A stretch of 64,000 nucleotides of DNA, from the NCBI GenBank assembly GCA_965279525.1, contig CBDIIB010000002.1, positions 32,001 through 96,000 on the forward strand, in the 5' to 3' direction. The number at the start of each line of letters is the position of its first letter. Position 1 is the stretch's first letter. Below the pieces are notes generated by a model. That model was not told the DNA's origin. It saw only the letters and a list, made by a program, of their open reading frames with translations, and did not search any database. The DNA is from Tagaea sp. GTDB taxonomy: Bacteria > Pseudomonadota > Alphaproteobacteria > CACIAM-22H2. Of the stretch, positions 61,386 through 64,000 are shown one piece after another. Position numbers and translations under genes: made by a program.

Positions 61386-62339
61386 ATGGCAAAGGCTTTC
61401 GCGTCGACCGCCGATCTCGAGGAGAAGAAGGAGAAGTTCGTCCGCCTCGCCGACGGCGCTTATTGCCTGACGGCCGAGGGCGATCCGAACTCCGGCGTGG
61501 TCGTCGGCGACGATTGCTGCATGGTGATCGACGCGCGCGCCACGCCCGTGATGGCACGCGAGTTGGTGCGTCACATCCGCAAGGTGACCGACAAGCCGGT
61601 CAAATACGTGGTGCTGACGCACTATCACGCGGTGCGCGTGCTGGGGGCGAGCGGCTACAGGGCCGAACACGTCATCGCCTCGCGCCCGACCTTCGAGATG
61701 ATCAAGGAGCGCGGCCGGCAGGATTGGAAATCGGAAGTCGGCCGCTTCCCGCGCCTGTTCCGCGCGGCCGGCACGGTCCCGGGCCTGACCTGGCCCACCA
61801 TCGTGTTCGACAGGTCGATGACTCTATGGCTCGGCACCAAGCGGGTCGACATCCTGCAGCCCGGCGGCGGCGGGCACACGCGTGGCGACAGCGTGGTGTG
61901 GCTGCCGAAAGAGAAGGTGCTGTTCTCCGGCGATCTGGTCGAGGAAGGGGCCACACCCTATTGCGGCGATGCGCAACTTGCCGAATGGCCGGCCACGCTC
62001 GATGCACTTCTGGCACTGAAGCCGCAGAAACTCGTCCCCGGTCGCGGCGAGGCGATGCTGAATGCCGCCGCCTCGCGCCGCGCCATCGAGGGTACACGCG
62101 CTTTCGTGCAGGAACTTCTCGCCCACGCGAAGAAAGGCGTGAAGGCGAAGAAAGACCTGAAGACGGTCTATGCCGACACCTACCGCGCGATGGCGCCCAA
62201 ATACGGCAAGTGGGTGATCTTCGACCACTGCATGCCGTTCTGCGTGTCCCGCGCCTACGACGAGGCGAAGGGCATCGCGCATCCGCGCATCTGGACCGCC
62301 GCGCGCGACAAGGAAATGTGGCGCAGTTTGCAGGGATGA
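61386..62339 (+). CDS. MBL-fold metallo-hydrolase
   Basis: GDPNSG, LTHYHAVR (atypical HxHxDH), GHTRGD, FSGDL. Confidence 0.88.
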   Translation: MAKAFASTADLEEKKEKFVRLADGAYCLTAEGDPNSGVVVGDDCCMVIDARATPVMARELVRHIRKVTDKPVKYVVLTHYHAVRVLGASGYRAEHVIASRPTFEMIKERGRQDWKSEVGRFPRLFRAAGTVPGLTWPTIVFDRSMTLWLGTKRVDILQPGGGGHTRGDSVVWLPKEKVLFSGDLVEEGATPYCGDAQLAEWPATLDALLALKPQKLVPGRGEAMLNAAASRRAIEGTRAFVQELLAHAKKGVKAKKDLKTVYADTYRAMAPKYGKWVIFDHCMPFCVSRAYDEAKGIAHPRIWTAARDKEMWRSLQG

Positions 62340-62343
62340 GTCG

Positions 62344-63576
62344 TCAGCGCCGCCTTGCGAGCGTCGCAGGGTCCGGCGACTTGCCGGCGTGGCGATAGGC
62401 GGCGAGCAGCGTTTCCTCGAACAGATCGCGCTGCGCGCGACTGCCGCCCAGCCGCTCGTGGTCGGGCAGCATGGCGCCGAACGCGTCGATGGCACCCTGC
62501 CAGTCCCTCTTCACGAAGGCCGTGAAGCCCTTGGCCGCCAGCGCGACGACCGGCTGGGCGGGCCCGCGCGTGCCCGCCGCACGGGCCTCGACCTCGGCGC
62601 CGTCGTCGGTCATCGCGGCGGCGAGGGCGGCGTGCACGTCGACGAAGGCGAGGCCGGGGCGTGGAAATTCGCGCTTGGCATAGGAGGCGACCTGGTCCCA
62701 TTCGCCGGCCGGGGGTTTGGCACCCATCAGTTCGGCCCGCCACAGGAACGAGGCGGCGTCGGTCAGTACGTTGAGCGCCGGGCCCCAGATCGAATCCGGC
62801 GCCACGCTTTCGTTGTAGAGCTTCCACGCCTCGGTCGTGTCGCCCGCGACCAGCGCCCACAGCGCCCGGTGCCAGTTGATGTGGCAGTGCAGGAGGCCCG
62901 CGCGCGGATAGCCCACGATGAAGTCGGCGAGCCGGCGCCGCCCTTCGGCGACTTCGCCGGCCTCGTAGTGGACATGGGCAAGGATATGCATGCCGTGCGC
63001 GTCGCGCGGATTCTTCGCCAGCGCCTTGACGATCTTCTCGCGCCCGCTGTCGACCGCCCCGGTCTCGACATGCGCGAAAGCCTGCATGGCCAGGAACCAC
63101 CAGTCCTCGCCGTACTGGGGCGACAGGCCGTCGAGCAGGGCGCGCAGGCTCGTCGCCCGGTTCGACAGGCCGCTGAAACCGTAGAGACCGAACACGCCCA
63201 CGCACGGGCTGAGCGCCATCGCGTCGCGCGGCCATTCGCGCAGGTGCGTGCGGATCGCGTCCAGCGCCAGCGGCCCCTGTCCGTCGAGCACGAGGCCGAG
63301 GGCCGCCACATGGTTCGCCTCGCGCCCCGAGAGTTTCGGTGCGAGGGCGCGCGCACTTGCCATCGCCGATTTGGCCGGGCCGCGATTGCCGAACACCTGA
63401 TGCGTGCGCGCGAGGGCCGCGTGCGCCAGCGCGAAATCCGCGTCGGCGGCGATCGCGCGCTCGAACGCCTCGACCGCGCCGACGTCGGCGGCGAACAGCG
63501 CGTCGACGCCCGCGACATAGGCGGCCGCGGCGGCGGCGTTCGTCGACAGCGCGTTGCCGTAGCGGTCGGCGATCAC
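62344..63576 (-). CDS. TPR protein (TTC38-like)
   Basis: HILAHVHYE, HCHINWH, GGSRAQRD motifs; GTGA overlap start. Confidence 0.8.
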   Translation of the reverse strand: MIADRYGNALSTNAAAAAAYVAGVDALFAADVGAVEAFERAIAADADFALAHAALARTHQVFGNRGPAKSAMASARALAPKLSGREANHVAALGLVLDGQGPLALDAIRTHLREWPRDAMALSPCVGVFGLYGFSGLSNRATSLRALLDGLSPQYGEDWWFLAMQAFAHVETGAVDSGREKIVKALAKNPRDAHGMHILAHVHYEAGEVAEGRRRLADFIVGYPRAGLLHCHINWHRALWALVAGDTTEAWKLYNESVAPDSIWGPALNVLTDAASFLWRAELMGAKPPAGEWDQVASYAKREFPRPGLAFVDVHAALAAAMTDDGAEVEARAAGTRGPAQPVVALAAKGFTAFVKRDWQGAIDAFGAMLPDHERLGGSRAQRDLFEETLLAAYRHAGKSPDPATLARRR

Positions 63577-64000
63577 AGGCCGGCCTTTCCGTCCATCCAG
63601 TCCTCGATCAGCCGGCGCGCGATCGAATCGGCGCGGGGCAGGCGGAATTTCTCCGGGTCGTGGGGTCCGCGCAGGAATTCGCGGGTGACCCACATGGCGT
63701 CGACCAGTTCTTCGGGATCGATCGTCAGTTCCGTCGTCAGCGCCTCGCCGTAGAAACCCAGCATGATCGACGCGGGGAACGGCCAGGGCTGCGAGGAATG
63801 GTAGGTGACGCGGCCCACGCGCACGCCGGCTTCCTCGAAGATCTCGCGCCGCACGCAGTCTTCCAGGCTCTCGCCCGGCTCGACGAACCCGGCGAGTGTG
63901 GAATACATCGCCGCCTGGAAGCGTCCGGAGCGGCCGAGCAGGCATCTGTCGCCCGACACGATCAGCATGATCGTCGCCGGATCGCTGCGCGGGAAATGTT
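63573..64000 (-). CDS. nudC: NAD(+)/NADH diphosphatase, 5' truncated by window edge
   Basis: FPRSDPA, AGFVEPGESLE..REIFEEAG Nudix box, SQPWPFP. Confidence 0.93.
   Translation of the reverse strand, partial: HFPRSDPATIMLIVSGDRCLLGRSGRFQAAMYSTLAGFVEPGESLEDCVRREIFEEAGVRVGRVTYHSSQPWPFPASIMLGFYGEALTTELTIDPEELVDAMWVTREFLRGPHDPEKFRLPRADSIARRLIEDWMDGKAGL

Overview
GC-rich chromosomal segment of an alphaproteobacterium, probably Rhodospirillales-like (inferred from the TrpE(G) fusion, the GTCATGCCCGG REP family and CtrA-like boxes). It holds about 60 mostly metabolic and transport genes: an acyl-CoA synthetase plus PanE-like pair, fused indolepyruvate oxidoreductase, trpE(G), a PepSY two-component locus, TRAP and ABC transporters, xdhABC and a queG-queA-tgt-queF operon. 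I saw no rRNA, tRNA, CRISPR array or transposase. The most interesting signals are non-coding or accessory. (1) An unannotated ~80-nt sRNA candidate at 41258-41340 (minus) has a sigma54 promoter, an anti-SD seed and a terminator. (2) A probably leaderless Trp-rich leader peptide precedes trpE(G) with a non-classical attenuator layout. (3) Two accessory genes (a toxin-like gene at 7.5-8.3 kb and a low-GC gene at 31.1-31.8 kb) are each followed by the same solitary REP in the same relative orientation. (4) There are several operator-like, hairpin and G-quadruplex elements. Two genes are frameshifted, probably through sequencing error. Family assignments come from motif recognition only; no searches were run.
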